From Roseibacillus sp. (GTDB taxonomy: Bacteria > Verrucomicrobiota > Verrucomicrobiia > Verrucomicrobiales > Akkermansiaceae), in NCBI GenBank assembly GCA_051251855.1, contig JBPOGI010000003.1, forward strand, positions 320,001-384,000: 64,000 nucleotides of DNA, given 5' to 3'. The translations under genes and the position numbers were made by a program. Below are positions 49,008-59,857 of this stretch, piece after piece; position 1 is the stretch's first letter; each line of letters opens with the position of its first letter. The notes beneath the pieces are model-generated. The model was given only the letters and a program-made list of their open reading frames with translations, was not told the DNA's origin and did no database searches.

Positions 49008-49218
49008 GGTTCTTTAGGTCTCTTTCAGAATGATTTCCAGCGAAAGAGGAGGTTTCGTGGGAATGTCTTTCGGCTTTGAAAGAGTGAAAGAATCTGAGAA
49101 GAAATTGAGAAATTTTCTCACGAAATTACACCAAATGTTGCGAGGTTCGTGAGGGTGGGCTCTTATCCCGCTCATTTTTAATGGGTTGAGATGAGGGCGA
49201 GCGGGGACTTGGGCTCTG

Positions 49219-52200
49219 TTAGTCCAAGGTTGGTCTGAGGAAGGGAGCTGTTTGGGAGGGTTTTGCTTTGGCGATCTGCTCGGGGGTGCCTGCGGCGACG
49301 ATGGTGCCACCGTTGGCTCCGGCTTCGGGTCCGATGTCGAGGATGTAGTCGGCTTGGGCGGCGAGGTCCATGTGGTGCTCGATGACGATCACGGTGTGGC
49401 CTTCCTCGACGAGGCGGTGGAGGACGTCGATGAGCTTAGCGACGTCTTGAGCGTGGAGGCCGATGCTGGGTTCTTCGATGAGGTAAAGGTTGGCAATTTT
49501 CATTCCCGAGAGAGCTGCTTTGGGGGAGCGGCCTTTGATGAGCTGGGAGACGAGTTTGATGCGCTGGGCTTCGCCGCCACTGAGGGTGGGGCTGGGTTGG
49601 CCGAGTTGGAGGTAGCCGAGGCCGGTGTCGGCGAGGAGGGAAAGGGTTTTGCTGAGCTTGGGGACGGCGGAAAAGAACTCGGCGGCGTCGGCGATGGTCA
49701 TGCGGAGGACTTCGCCGATGTTGCGGCCGTTGTAGGTGACTTCGAGGGTGGCGGGGTTGTAGCGGTCGCCTTCGCAGCCATCACAGTCGATCCAAGTGGC
49801 GGGGAGGAAGTCCATCTCGAGCTTGATGCGGCCGTTGCCTTTGCAGTCGGGGCATTGGCCTTCTTTGTTGTTGAAGGAGAAGCGGCCTTGGTCGAAACCG
49901 CGCATGCGGGCTTCGGGGAGGAGGGCGAAGAGCTTGCGGATTTCGTCGAAGAGTTTGACGTAGGTGGCGGGGCAGGAGCGGGAGGTTTTGCCGATGGGGG
50001 TTTGGTCGACTTCGTAGCAGGCCTTGAGGCTTTGGAAGCCGCTGATGGACTTCCAGGTTTTCTCGATGTTGCTCTTTGAGAGGGAATCGAAGGCAGGTTT
50101 GATAGTGCCGCGCATGAGGGAGGACTTTCCGCAGCCGGAGACGCCGGTGAGGACGGTGAGGCGTCCGAGGGGAATGGCGGCGTCTATGTTCTTGAGGTTG
50201 TTCTGGGTGCAGCCTTTGAGCTTGAGCCAGCCGGTGCGGGAGTTTTTGGCGGGGACTTTGCGGCGCGGTGGTTTGAGGAAAGGGTCGAGGCTGATGCAGT
50301 CGGCGGCGACGATTTCGCCGCCGAGACGACCGGCTCCGGGGCCGAGGTGGATTTGAGTGTCGGCGCGGTCCATGGTTTCCTCGTCGTGCTCGACGATGAG
50401 GAGGGAGTTGCCTTTTTGTTGCAGGGTGCGAAGGGTGTCTAACAGTTTGACGTTGTCGCGCGGGTGGAGGCCGATGGTGGGTTCGTCGAGAACGTAGAGC
50501 ACGCCGCGCAGGTTGGAGCCAAGTTGAGCGGCGAGTCGGATGCGTTGCGCTTCGCCACCGGAAAGGGTGTTGGCGGAACGGTCGAGGGAAAGGTAGCCGA
50601 GGCCAACTTCGTCGAGGAAGTGAAGGCGTTGGGTGAGCTCGGGGAGGATGTCGCGAGCGATGAGTTTGTCGCGGCCGGTGAAGGTGAGGTGTTCTATGGT
50701 TTCGCGGGCGTCGACGACGGAGAGTGAGGTGAGGGCGGGGAGGGAAAGGGCGCCTTCGAGGTAGACGTGGCGCGCGCTTTCGTTGAGGCGGGTGCCGTAG
50801 CAGTCGGGGCAAATGATGAGTTCGGTGACGTCGGCCTTGTCGAGCTTGCGGTCGTAGTCGATTTCTGCTTCGGAGACGGAGTTGAAGGCGGAGGTGTCGA
50901 TGCGGTCGCGCTTGGTGGCGATGTGTCCGTAACCACGACAGCTCTTGCACCAACCACGAGGGCTGTTGAAAGAGAAGTGGCTGGGGTCGGGTTCCTCGAA
51001 AGAGCGACCAGTGGCAGCGGAGACGCGGGCGGTGGAGAGGGGGACGATTTTTTTGTCGGAGGTGAGGAGGCGGCAGGTGCCTTTGCCGACTTTGAGGGCT
51101 TCGGAAAGAAGTTTGCTAGTGTGCAGTTTTTCAGTGTTCAGTTTGATTTCTCCGATGACGGCGTCGATGTCGTGTTCGACGAAGCGTTCGAGGCGTTGGA
51201 AGCCTTCGACATCCTTGAATTGTTTGTCGACGAGGAGTTGGGTGTATCCTTGGCGGCCAGCCCAGGCGGCGACGTCGGTGTGGTAGCCTTTGCGGCCGCG
51301 AATGATGGGGGCGAGGAGGGTGATGGGGCCTTTCTTGGCTTCCGCTTTGAGGGTTTGCAGAATGGTGTCCTCGGTCTGGGAGATGACGGGTTCGCCGGAC
51401 TCGGGGCAGTGTTGGATGCCGACTTTGGCAAAGAGGAGTCGGAGGAAGTGATAGAGTTCAGTGATGGTGGCGACGGTGGACTTGCCGCCTCCGCGTGAGA
51501 CGCGTTGTTCGATGGCGACGGTGGGGGGAAGGCCGGAGATTTTGTCGACGTCGGGTTTTTCTAACTGCTCGGCGAACTGACGCGCGTAGGGCGACATGGA
51601 GTCGAGAAAGCGTCGTTGTCCTTCGGCGAAAACGAGGTCGAAGGCGAGGGTGCTTTTTCCGGAGCCAGAGAGGCCGGTGACGACGACCATTTCATCACGC
51701 GGAATCTCGAGCGTGATATTCTTCAGGTTGTGATGCCGTGCCCCATGAATGGAAATCACGTTCTTCACCTTCGCCGCTTTCTTCGCAGCGACTTTAGTTT
51801 TTAGGTTTTTAGTTTTTAGTTTTTTCGAAACAAGAGGAGCCAAGAACTCGCCAGTAAACGTCTTCGACTTCGCGACTTCCTCAGGGGTGCCGGTTGCGAC
51901 GATTTCACCACCATGAACACCAGCTGCAGGGCCGAGGTCAATGAGGTGATCGGCGCTTTTGATGACGTCGAGGTTGTGCTCGATAACAAGGAGGGTGTGG
52001 CCGCTATCGACGAGGCGTTGGAAGATGATGAGAAGACGCTCGATGTCGGCGAAGTGGAGGCCAGTGGTGGGTTCGTCGAGGATGAGGAGGGAGCTGGCGT
52101 CGTTGGTGTTGGTTCCTAACAGCTGGCAGAGTTTGAGGCGCTGGGATTCGCCGCCAGAGAGGGTGTTGAGGGGTTGGCCGAGGCGGAGGTAACCGAGGCC

Positions 52201-54747
52201 GACGTCGATGAGGGGTTGGAGGAGCTTGCAAGCTTTGGTGAGGAGGGTTTCTTCTTTTTTTACGCCCGCTTGGGGGATCGCTTCGGTGGCGACGGTGATG
52301 AATTCTTCAATGGTGAAGTTGAGAATGTCGGAGATGTGGTGGTCGCTGTATTTGTATTCGAGGGCGGACTGATTGTAGCGTTTGCCTTCGCACTCGGGGC
52401 AGGTGAGGTAGAGGTCGGAGAGGAACTGCATCTCGACTTTCTCGAAGCCGTTGCCGAGGCAGCGTTCGCAGCGTCCAGCTCCGGAGTTGAAGGAGAAGAA
52501 GCCGGGCTTGAGGCCGGCGGCTTTGGCGTCGGGAGTGAGGGTGAAGAGTTGGCGAATGGCCTCGAAGGCTCCGAGGTAGACAGCGGGGGTGGACTTGGGG
52601 GTTTTGGCGAGAGGGGTTTGGTCGACCAGTTGAACCGAGTGGATGCTATTCTTGGGAAGTTTGAGACCGCGGATGGGAGCAGGCTCTTCGCTGACTTCTT
52701 GGCCGAGTTCTTTGCAAAGATTGAGATAGAGGGCGTCGTGGGCGAGGGTGGATTTTCCGCTGCCGGAAACACCGGTGAGGCAGGTGAAGAGATTGAGAGG
52801 GAGTTCGAAGTCAACGTCGTGAAGGTTGTTCTTGTTGACGCCAGTGAGGGTGAGGGTCTTCTTGGGTGTGCGACGTTGTTTGGGGAGAGGGATGACCTTG
52901 TCACCGTTCAGGTAGGGGAGGGTGATGGAGGTCTTGTTTTTGCCGTGTGGCTTGCCTTGGTAGATGAGGTCGCCACCGTGTTGGCCGGAGCGGGGTCCGA
53001 TGTCTAACAGGTTGTCGGCGGCCTTCATGACCGCTTCGTCGTGCTCGACGACGAGGAGAGTGTTGCCCTTGTCGCGGAGGTCGTGCATGACGCCGATGAG
53101 GGCTTCGATGTCGCGCGGGTGGAGGCCGACGGTGGGTTCGTCGAGGACGAAGAGAGTTTGAGAGAGACTGGTGCCGAGGCAGGTGGTGAGGTTGACGCGG
53201 GCGATTTCGCCTCCGCTGAGAGTGCGGGCCGGGCGGTCGAGGGTGAGGTAAGAGAGTCCGACCTGCTGCAGGTATCCGAGGCGCGAAGAAATCTCGGTGA
53301 GGATGAGTTCGAGGGTTTTGTCGCTTTTGAGTTTTTCAGTGTTCAGTTTGTCAGTTTGCAGTGCCTTTACGAACTCTGCGAGTTCCTCCACTGGGAGGCG
53401 CCAGAGATCGGGGAGGGTTTTGCCGTTGATTTTGAAGGCGAGGGCTTCGGGGCGGAGGCGTCGTCCGCGACAGGAGCCGCACTCGGTGTAGCTGCGGTAG
53501 CGGGCGAGAAAGATGCGGACGTGCATCTTGTAGGCTTTCGTTTCCATCCAGTCGAAGAACCCTTTGACGCCATACCACTTGCCGTCTTGCCAGAGGTCTT
53601 CGGCCTTGGTTTGGCCGTTGCCTTCGCCGTAGAGGAGCCAGTCCTGTTGGTCAGGGGTGAGGTCGCGATAGGGGTCGTTGAGATCGATGCCGACTTCGGG
53701 GGCGAAGCGTTCGAGGTCGGACTGGCATTCTTCGCCGCGCTCGCCTTGGAAGGGTTTCACGCAGCCGTCCAAGATGGAGAGGGAAGGGTTGGGGACGGCT
53801 TTTTTGAGGTCGATGCCAATGACGCGGCCAAAGCCTCGGCAGTCGGGGCAGGCGCCGAGGGGGTTGTTGAAGGTGAAGAGGGCGGAGGTGGGTTTTTGGA
53901 GGGGAGCCCAGGAGGTGTTGAAGGAGTGGGTTTTAGCTTTGTCGGTGGTGGAGATGGTGGCTTCGCCTTTGCCGAGGCGGAGGGCGGCTTCGAAGGCTTC
54001 GAAGAGGCGCGAGCGATTGCGGGTGGTGGCTTTGACGCGGTCTTGGACGACTTGGATTTGTGATTTGAAATCTGAGATTTGGAATTCGGCGGGGTCGTCG
54101 GTGCGTTGGACTTCGCCGTTGGGGAGAAGGATGCGGAGGTAGCCTTGGGCTTGGAGGAAGGGGAAGAGGTCTTCGCTTTGGGTCTCGGCGGGGAGGGAGA
54201 CAGGGAAGGTGATGAGGACGGGTTGGTCAGTGAAATTTTCGAGGGTCCAGGTGGTGGCGCTGGTGGGGGTGTCGGGGGCGATTTCTTCGCCGGTGCGCGG
54301 GTGGTAGCCTTTGGCGAGGCGAGGGTAGAGGAGCTTGAGGTAGTCGTTGACTTCGGTGAGGGTGCCGACGGTGGAGCGGGTGGTGCGAATCTGGTTCTTT
54401 TGCTCAATGGCAATGGCAGGGGGAATGTGATCGATGCGATCAACGGCGGGCTTGTCCATGCGATCGAAGAACTGCCGCACATAGGGAGAGAAGGTCTCGA
54501 CGTAGCGCCGTTGGCCTTCGGCGTAGAGAGTGTGGAAGGCGAGGGAGGATTTTCCGGAGCCCGAGGGGCCGGTGACGACGGTGAGTTTGCCGAGGGGAAT
54601 ATCGACGTCAAATCCCTTCAGATTGTGCTGGCGTGCACCACGTACTTGAATCGCATTGGGACGCGATTGTTCTTTGGTCGTTTGCTTACGAGCCGCCTTT
54701 TTGGCAGCCTTTTTTGTGGTCTTGCGAGCGCTCTTTTTGGGTGGCAC
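49219..54747 (-). CDS. uvrA: Excinuclease ABC subunit A, tandem-duplicated form
   Basis: 1842 aa with four Walker A motifs ([32 protein letters not shown]), four LSGGE signatures and zinc fingers. Confidence 0.96.
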   Translation of the reverse strand: MPPKKSARKTTKKAAKKAARKQTTKEQSRPNAIQVRGARQHNLKGFDVDIPLGKLTVVTGPSGSGKSSLAFHTLYAEGQRRYVETFSPYVRQFFDRMDKPAVDRIDHIPPAIAIEQKNQIRTTRSTVGTLTEVNDYLKLLYPRLAKGYHPRTGEEIAPDTPTSATTWTLENFTDQPVLITFPVSLPAETQSEDLFPFLQAQGYLRILLPNGEVQRTDDPAEFQISDFKSQIQVVQDRVKATTRNRSRLFEAFEAALRLGKGEATISTTDKAKTHSFNTSWAPLQKPTSALFTFNNPLGACPDCRGFGRVIGIDLKKAVPNPSLSILDGCVKPFQGERGEECQSDLERFAPEVGIDLNDPYRDLTPDQQDWLLYGEGNGQTKAEDLWQDGKWYGVKGFFDWMETKAYKMHVRIFLARYRSYTECGSCRGRRLRPEALAFKINGKTLPDLWRLPVEELAEFVKALQTDKLNTEKLKSDKTLELILTEISSRLGYLQQVGLSYLTLDRPARTLSGGEIARVNLTTCLGTSLSQTLFVLDEPTVGLHPRDIEALIGVMHDLRDKGNTLLVVEHDEAVMKAADNLLDIGPRSGQHGGDLIYQGKPHGKNKTSITLPYLNGDKVIPLPKQRRTPKKTLTLTGVNKNNLHDVDFELPLNLFTCLTGVSGSGKSTLAHDALYLNLCKELGQEVSEEPAPIRGLKLPKNSIHSVQLVDQTPLAKTPKSTPAVYLGAFEAIRQLFTLTPDAKAAGLKPGFFSFNSGAGRCERCLGNGFEKVEMQFLSDLYLTCPECEGKRYNQSALEYKYSDHHISDILNFTIEEFITVATEAIPQAGVKKEETLLTKACKLLQPLIDVGLGYLRLGQPLNTLSGGESQRLKLCQLLGTNTNDASSLLILDEPTTGLHFADIERLLIIFQRLVDSGHTLLVIEHNLDVIKSADHLIDLGPAAGVHGGEIVATGTPEEVAKSKTFTGEFLAPLVSKKLKTKNLKTKVAAKKAAKVKNVISIHGARHHNLKNITLEIPRDEMVVVTGLSGSGKSTLAFDLVFAEGQRRFLDSMSPYARQFAEQLEKPDVDKISGLPPTVAIEQRVSRGGGKSTVATITELYHFLRLLFAKVGIQHCPESGEPVISQTEDTILQTLKAEAKKGPITLLAPIIRGRKGYHTDVAAWAGRQGYTQLLVDKQFKDVEGFQRLERFVEHDIDAVIGEIKLNTEKLHTSKLLSEALKVGKGTCRLLTSDKKIVPLSTARVSAATGRSFEEPDPSHFSFNSPRGWCKSCRGYGHIATKRDRIDTSAFNSVSEAEIDYDRKLDKADVTELIICPDCYGTRLNESARHVYLEGALSLPALTSLSVVDARETIEHLTFTGRDKLIARDILPELTQRLHFLDEVGLGYLSLDRSANTLSGGEAQRIRLAAQLGSNLRGVLYVLDEPTIGLHPRDNVKLLDTLRTLQQKGNSLLIVEHDEETMDRADTQIHLGPGAGRLGGEIVAADCISLDPFLKPPRRKVPAKNSRTGWLKLKGCTQNNLKNIDAAIPLGRLTVLTGVSGCGKSSLMRGTIKPAFDSLSKSNIEKTWKSISGFQSLKACYEVDQTPIGKTSRSCPATYVKLFDEIRKLFALLPEARMRGFDQGRFSFNNKEGQCPDCKGNGRIKLEMDFLPATWIDCDGCEGDRYNPATLEVTYNGRNIGEVLRMTIADAAEFFSAVPKLSKTLSLLADTGLGYLQLGQPSPTLSGGEAQRIKLVSQLIKGRSPKAALSGMKIANLYLIEEPSIGLHAQDVAKLIDVLHRLVEEGHTVIVIEHHMDLAAQADYILDIGPEAGANGGTIVAAGTPEQIAKAKPSQTAPFLRPTLD

Positions 54748-54816
54748 GTCGCTAAGCTAGCGAGGGTCGAACTTTTTGCTAGGGAAAGAGGCTTGAAAGA
54801 AGAGGGAGGGGAGAAA

Positions 54817-57108
54817 TTACTTTCTCACGAGCCTACTCGTTACTCCGTTATGTCTTGAGAGAAGAAGGGTTTTGGAATCCTCCATTTCAATTTTCCAAGC
54901 GACTCCGTTGTTCCAAGTGATGAGGTAACCGTCTTCCGTTTTTTGCCATTGCCCATTTTTGTTCCCCTTTCCATTATTGACGCTCTTGTCGGAGTTAAAG
55001 GTGAAGACAATATCGTTAGTTGGATTTTCGAAGACCCATTCTCCAACGACAGGTTCTGTCACGAGAGGGGTTGTGCGGTCAAAGTAGAAGAGATCCCCTT
55101 TTTTGTATTTCACGAGAATTCGGTTGGGATCATCAGAGGTGAGAGTGACGAGATCCTGTTTGTCTCCTCCCCAGTCGGCGACGACCTGTTCTCCTTCGAC
55201 TCTCCAAGTTCCCGTCTTTCTGGGTTTCTTGGCTTCGGCAGTGCCGTTATCATGAAAGATAAAGAGGGTGTCGGTGCTTTCTGACTTCCATTCTCCGACA
55301 ACGAGCTTGTCGGCGGACATGTGGGCGGGGTCGCTATTGAGTCCTTCTGGAAGAGGGTCTTCTCCTTTGACGATTTTCAGAAAATAATCGGAGGAGTCGC
55401 GCGCTTTCGTGGCTTCTGTTAGGAGGATCCCGGCGTCAAAGTCATTGCCTTCACCCTTCAAGGTCTCGGCCTGTTTTTCAACTCCATTGGCATAGACCTC
55501 GGCGAGAGGTTGGAGGTTTTTCGTTAGCTCTTTATCGATTTCAGCTTGCTCGGCCAAGGCTTCGCGAAGTTCTTTCTCGACCACTTCGCCGCTGCTGAAA
55601 TAGGACAGTGCGGTGAAGGCTCCGGGTGTGGCTGAGACCAAAGTCGTGGGGAGTCGTCCCTCTTGGCGGTATTTTTCGATAGCGGCTTCCAGATTCTCTT
55701 TGCGCGCACGTTCGTCATCTCTTGTGAGGTATTCCTGATCGCGGAGGATGGACTTTCCTTCGCGCTCCAAGCTCTCGATATTTTTGACGAGGTCCTCGTG
55801 ATATTCGGTGAGAATTTTTTCGCCCTTTTCGGAGCAAAAGTCTCGGCCACGCTTGAGGAAGGTGAGGTGGTCGAAGGTGGAGACGGGTTGAGCTGGAATG
55901 ATGGTGGTGTCAGGGACGATAGGATCGCTTTTTTCCACCATGGCTACGGATTCTTCCTCGGGAAGTTCTTCCGGCTCTTCGTTCTCTTCTGGAGTGATGA
56001 CTTCGGTCATTTCCTGCACGGGCTCTTTAACTGGTGTCGGCTCGACTTCGGGTGGGGTGGGCTCTTCCTCTGAAGGAGTGTTTGCCACTGCGTTCGGATC
56101 TTCGTGAGGGAGGGCCTCGGCAGTTCCGATGGGGGGTTCTTCTGGTTGGTCCTTCTTTTCGTCTGACTTCAGGAAGAAGAAGCCTCCTCCTAGGATGAGG
56201 AGAGCTGCGAGAGCACCAATGACGGGGCCGAGGCTGCTTTTCTTAGCTGAAGCAAGCTGTGTAGGGGGGCGATGAGGGGTGGAGGCGCTGGCAGTGGCGA
56301 CCTTACTGGCGGGAGCCTTGCGAAGGGCTTCGAGTTCGGTGGCGAGTTCGGCTGCGGTTTGATGCCGGTCGTTGGGGTCGGGCTGGAGGGCCTTTGCCAA
56401 GAGGACGTCGTATCGGCGGTCACAATTGGCGAGAGCGGAAGGGTGCTGATAGGGATTGTCGGGAAGTTGGCCGGTGAGAAGTTGGTAGAGAATGACGGCG
56501 GCGGCATAGACGTCGCTGCGAGCATCGGGATTGCCTTCATAAACCTCGGGTGCGGCATAGCCGGGGGTGCCGTAGATGAGGCCGTCGTCGCTGTCCTCAG
56601 TGGTTGCCATGGCGAGGCCGAAGTCACCGAGCTTGGGCTCAGCATGATGAGGATCCATGAGGATGTTGGCGGGCTTGACGTCGCGATGCAGGATGTCGTG
56701 CTCGTGTGCATGGTGGAGACCGTTGCAGGTCTCCAATACGATGCGGGCGGCTTCGGATGGATCGATTTGTAAGCCATAGGCGGAATCATGCAGCGGCTTT
56801 CCTGCCACATATTCCATCACGATGAAGGGCATGCCGTCGACTTCTCCAAAGTCGTAAACGCCGATCAGATTCGGGTGATTCAATTTGGCCATGGCCTTGG
56901 CTTCGGCAGCAAAGGATTTTCGAAATTCTTCATCAGCTCCAAACTCCCGAGGTAAAATTTTAATCGCCACTTGCCGTTCCAAGGAAGTCTGAGTGGCGAG
57001 GTAGACTGCTCCCATACCTCCTTGCGCGACAAACGCGTCGATGGAGTAGTTGGGGAATAAGGGAGCTAGCTCTTCTAAAGAAGGAGCTTGAAAGGCTTCA
57101 GGATTCAT
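54817..57108 (-). CDS. Membrane Ser/Thr protein kinase (Hanks type)
   Basis: GGMGAVY, VAIK, HRDVKPAN, DFGLA and GTPGYAAPE motifs; one TM helix; two C-terminal VVGEW repeats. Confidence 0.93.
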   Translation of the reverse strand: MNPEAFQAPSLEELAPLFPNYSIDAFVAQGGMGAVYLATQTSLERQVAIKILPREFGADEEFRKSFAAEAKAMAKLNHPNLIGVYDFGEVDGMPFIVMEYVAGKPLHDSAYGLQIDPSEAARIVLETCNGLHHAHEHDILHRDVKPANILMDPHHAEPKLGDFGLAMATTEDSDDGLIYGTPGYAAPEVYEGNPDARSDVYAAAVILYQLLTGQLPDNPYQHPSALANCDRRYDVLLAKALQPDPNDRHQTAAELATELEALRKAPASKVATASASTPHRPPTQLASAKKSSLGPVIGALAALLILGGGFFFLKSDEKKDQPEEPPIGTAEALPHEDPNAVANTPSEEEPTPPEVEPTPVKEPVQEMTEVITPEENEEPEELPEEESVAMVEKSDPIVPDTTIIPAQPVSTFDHLTFLKRGRDFCSEKGEKILTEYHEDLVKNIESLEREGKSILRDQEYLTRDDERARKENLEAAIEKYRQEGRLPTTLVSATPGAFTALSYFSSGEVVEKELREALAEQAEIDKELTKNLQPLAEVYANGVEKQAETLKGEGNDFDAGILLTEATKARDSSDYFLKIVKGEDPLPEGLNSDPAHMSADKLVVGEWKSESTDTLFIFHDNGTAEAKKPRKTGTWRVEGEQVVADWGGDKQDLVTLTSDDPNRILVKYKKGDLFYFDRTTPLVTEPVVGEWVFENPTNDIVFTFNSDKSVNNGKGNKNGQWQKTEDGYLITWNNGVAWKIEMEDSKTLLLSRHNGVTSRLVRK

Positions 57109-57260
57109 TGGTCGAAAGAAAAGAGATTGGAAGGCCGAGCAAACGGGAGAATAGGATATTAGCAACAACTATGCAGTTGAATAATCAGGTAATTCAGAAT
57201 GGTTTTTCAAAAACTTTGAACGGAAAGGGAGGTTGTTAGTCTACCTTGGTAAGCGTTCCA

Positions 57261-58076
57261 ATGTTTTTGATTAAAAAGAGCCTCAAATTAAGTGCCACCT
57301 GTTTATTCGGGTTATGGGCTCTTTGCAGCTGCCAGGTAAGCCAAGAATGGGCTCCCAGCAGAATTGTCCAAAATTTTCCCATGAACCACGCTCCGTCGCG
57401 ACCGGCCCAATTCCGTCCCGTTGCCTATCCAGTTCCAGCACCCAGTCGGGTGTCGGTCGCGACGATGGAGCGTCCTTCTATTCTAGGAGTGCCTATTCCG
57501 ACCTTTGGGTTGAATAAGCAATCGACAGCTATTCGTGACTCTCGGCCTTCGTGGCCCGAGCCGGTGGCAGCCTATCCAGTTACTCAGCCGGTCCCTACCG
57601 TTCCAGTGGTCCAGCCGGCCAGTGTCCCAGCGCCACGCGCCCCGATTACCCGTTCTTTTGCCCCCAAGGGCAAAGTGCGTTTGGTAAACGGCTTGGCGGT
57701 GGCCCCGCCCGATGCCCCTCCAGTGGTTCATCGGGCGGTCGCGGCCGGGAATCGTCTGCAGAAGATGCCTTACAAGTGGGGCGGCGGGCATGCGAAATTG
57801 AACGACGATGGTTACGATTGCTCGGGCACGGTGAGTTATGTGTTGAGGGAGTCGGGCCTGATGAAGGATCAAATGACTTCGCGTGGATTCTTTAACTACG
57901 GAGAGTCAGGAAAAGGGGAATGGATCACGGTGTGGGTTCGCGATGGCCATGTCTTTATGATTATTGGCGATTTGCGTCTCGATACGGGTGGTTCTTCAAC
58001 GAGAACGGGTCCTCGTTGGAAAACGAAGAGTCGCAGTTACAAGGGCTTGGTCCCTCGCCATCCGGCAGGGCTGTAA
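57261..58076 (+). CDS. NlpC/P60-like peptidoglycan hydrolase lipoprotein
   Basis: PYKWGGGH, YDCSGTVS and GHVFM motifs; LCSC lipobox-like signal. Confidence 0.85.
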   Translation: MFLIKKSLKLSATCLFGLWALCSCQVSQEWAPSRIVQNFPMNHAPSRPAQFRPVAYPVPAPSRVSVATMERPSILGVPIPTFGLNKQSTAIRDSRPSWPEPVAAYPVTQPVPTVPVVQPASVPAPRAPITRSFAPKGKVRLVNGLAVAPPDAPPVVHRAVAAGNRLQKMPYKWGGGHAKLNDDGYDCSGTVSYVLRESGLMKDQMTSRGFFNYGESGKGEWITVWVRDGHVFMIIGDLRLDTGGSSTRTGPRWKTKSRSYKGLVPRHPAGL

Positions 58077-58169
58077 GAGACTTGTTCGATGAGCGCATCC
58101 GGTAAATTTCGGCTGCTGGACGATGAGTGGTCAAAACGGACCGATGGTGCACGACTGAAGTCGATCCTC

Positions 58170-58724
58170 CTAGTCGAGTTTACGAATGCGAATGTTCCGG
58201 AAGGCGATGAGGCCTTTGTTCTTTTGGAGGCCAATGTAGCCTGCCGGGAGCGCGGGAGTGGCGACGTATTCGTAGAGTTTCTTTCCGTCTAAAGTCACGG
58301 AAACGGTGCCTTGACTGACTTTCAGTTGGTAGGTGCGCCACTCATCCTTTTCGCCGAGGCCTTCCACTTTCACATGCTTGACGACACTGCCGGTGGGGAA
58401 AGGGTTGGTGGGGTCGGCGATGTTGATTTCGTAGCAGTCAATGGCCTCATCCTTGACCTTGGCTTTGGTGTTAAGAAAGACTCCGCTGTTGGTGCCGATG
58501 GCGGCCTTGAACTCGAGCTCGAGCTCATAGTTTTCGTATTGTTCCGTGGTGGTGAGGAGTGAGACCTTGCCTGAGTCGGCGGTGATCGTTCCATCGGTGA
58601 CGGTCCAATTGGCATCTCCTCGATTGACCCAGCCACTGAGGGTTTTGCCATCGAAGAGCTGGACCCAGTCTTCGGCGAGGGTGAAAGGAGTGAGGGCGAG
58701 GAGGAGAGAGAGTATCAACTTCAT
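58170..58724 (-). CDS. DUF1080 (3-keto-disaccharide hydrolase family) protein
   Basis: WVQLFDGKTLSGW, NSGVF, YEINI, GYIGLQ and FRNIRI motifs. Confidence 0.9.
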   Translation of the reverse strand: MKLILSLLLALTPFTLAEDWVQLFDGKTLSGWVNRGDANWTVTDGTITADSGKVSLLTTTEQYENYELELEFKAAIGTNSGVFLNTKAKVKDEAIDCYEINIADPTNPFPTGSVVKHVKVEGLGEKDEWRTYQLKVSQGTVSVTLDGKKLYEYVATPALPAGYIGLQKNKGLIAFRNIRIRKLD

Positions 58725-58828
58725 AAGAAGCGAGTATTGAGAAAATGCTGGCGACAACAATCTCGAAGTTGAGGCAGCTCCCTTTTACTCGCTTCCGGCT
58801 ATGAGGTGAAAGGTGAGGTCCCGGCTTC

Positions 58829-59809
58829 TTAAAGAATCAGCATGCAGTCGCCATAGGAAAAGAAGCGGTAGCGCTCGGCGACGGCTTGGCGGTAGGCTTC
58901 CATGATGAGGTCGCGTCCGGCCATGGCAGAAACGAGCATCATGAGGGTGGACTCGGGAAGGTGAAAGTTGGTGAGGAGAGAATCGACGGCTTTGAGTTGA
59001 CGTGGAGGATAGATGAAAATATCGGTGGCACCAGTGGCTGGTTCGGGATAGTGGGCCTGAGCCTCAGCGAGATGTTCTAGGACCCGGGTGACAGTGGTGC
59101 CAACGGCGATGGTGCGGCCGGATTTTTCGCGGATTCGGGTGGCCGTTTTTTCCGAGAGATGGAAGCTCTCGGAGTGCATGTGGTGGTCGGTGACGAGCTC
59201 ACTTTTGACGGGGCGAAAGGTGCCAATGCCCACGTGAAGGGTGAGAAAGTCGTGGGGGATATTTTCTAACACTTCGGGCGTGAAGTGAAGGCCGGCGGTG
59301 GGGGCGGCGATGGCTCCGTCTTCTTTAGCGAAGGTGGTTTGGTAGCGGGTGTCGTCGAGCTTCTCGGGGTCGCGCTCCATGTAGTGGGGCAGGGCGAGAG
59401 CGCCGAGCTCGGGGTCGGGCATTTGGTCCCAGTCGATGATTCGATTACCGTCGTCATCAATCTCTAACACGGTTCCGGTGGCTTCGCCGATTTGGACGGT
59501 GCGTCCGGGTTTCATCTTTTTGCCCGGGCGGACCATGGAGCGCCAGCGAGTGTGCGAGATTTCCTCCACGCGCAGGAGTTCGACCTTTCCATCGTTAGAA
59601 AAGAAGCGGGCGGGGACGACTTTGGTATCGTTGAGGATGAGGAGGTCGTCGGGAGTGAGATAGCTGGGGAAGTCGCGAAACTGTTTGTGCTCGATGAGAC
59701 CGGTGTCGCGATGAATGACGAGCATACGGGAGGCAGCGCGGTCTTCGAGGGGATGGGACGCGATGAGTTCGGGTGGGAGCTCGTAGTGGAAGTCGGCCGT
59801 GCGCAACAT
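58829..59809 (-). CDS. queA: tRNA preQ1 S-adenosylmethionine ribosyltransferase-isomerase
   Basis: DFHYELPPELIA, AAPTAGLHFT, LHVGIGTF, TNFHLP and YRFFSYGD motifs. Confidence 0.97.
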   Translation of the reverse strand: MLRTADFHYELPPELIASHPLEDRAASRMLVIHRDTGLIEHKQFRDFPSYLTPDDLLILNDTKVVPARFFSNDGKVELLRVEEISHTRWRSMVRPGKKMKPGRTVQIGEATGTVLEIDDDGNRIIDWDQMPDPELGALALPHYMERDPEKLDDTRYQTTFAKEDGAIAAPTAGLHFTPEVLENIPHDFLTLHVGIGTFRPVKSELVTDHHMHSESFHLSEKTATRIREKSGRTIAVGTTVTRVLEHLAEAQAHYPEPATGATDIFIYPPRQLKAVDSLLTNFHLPESTLMMLVSAMAGRDLIMEAYRQAVAERYRFFSYGDCMLIL

Positions 59810-59857
59810 GTGGAAACTGGTAGGTTGATTTCCCGTCGGGGCCAAGTCTTTACCTTC

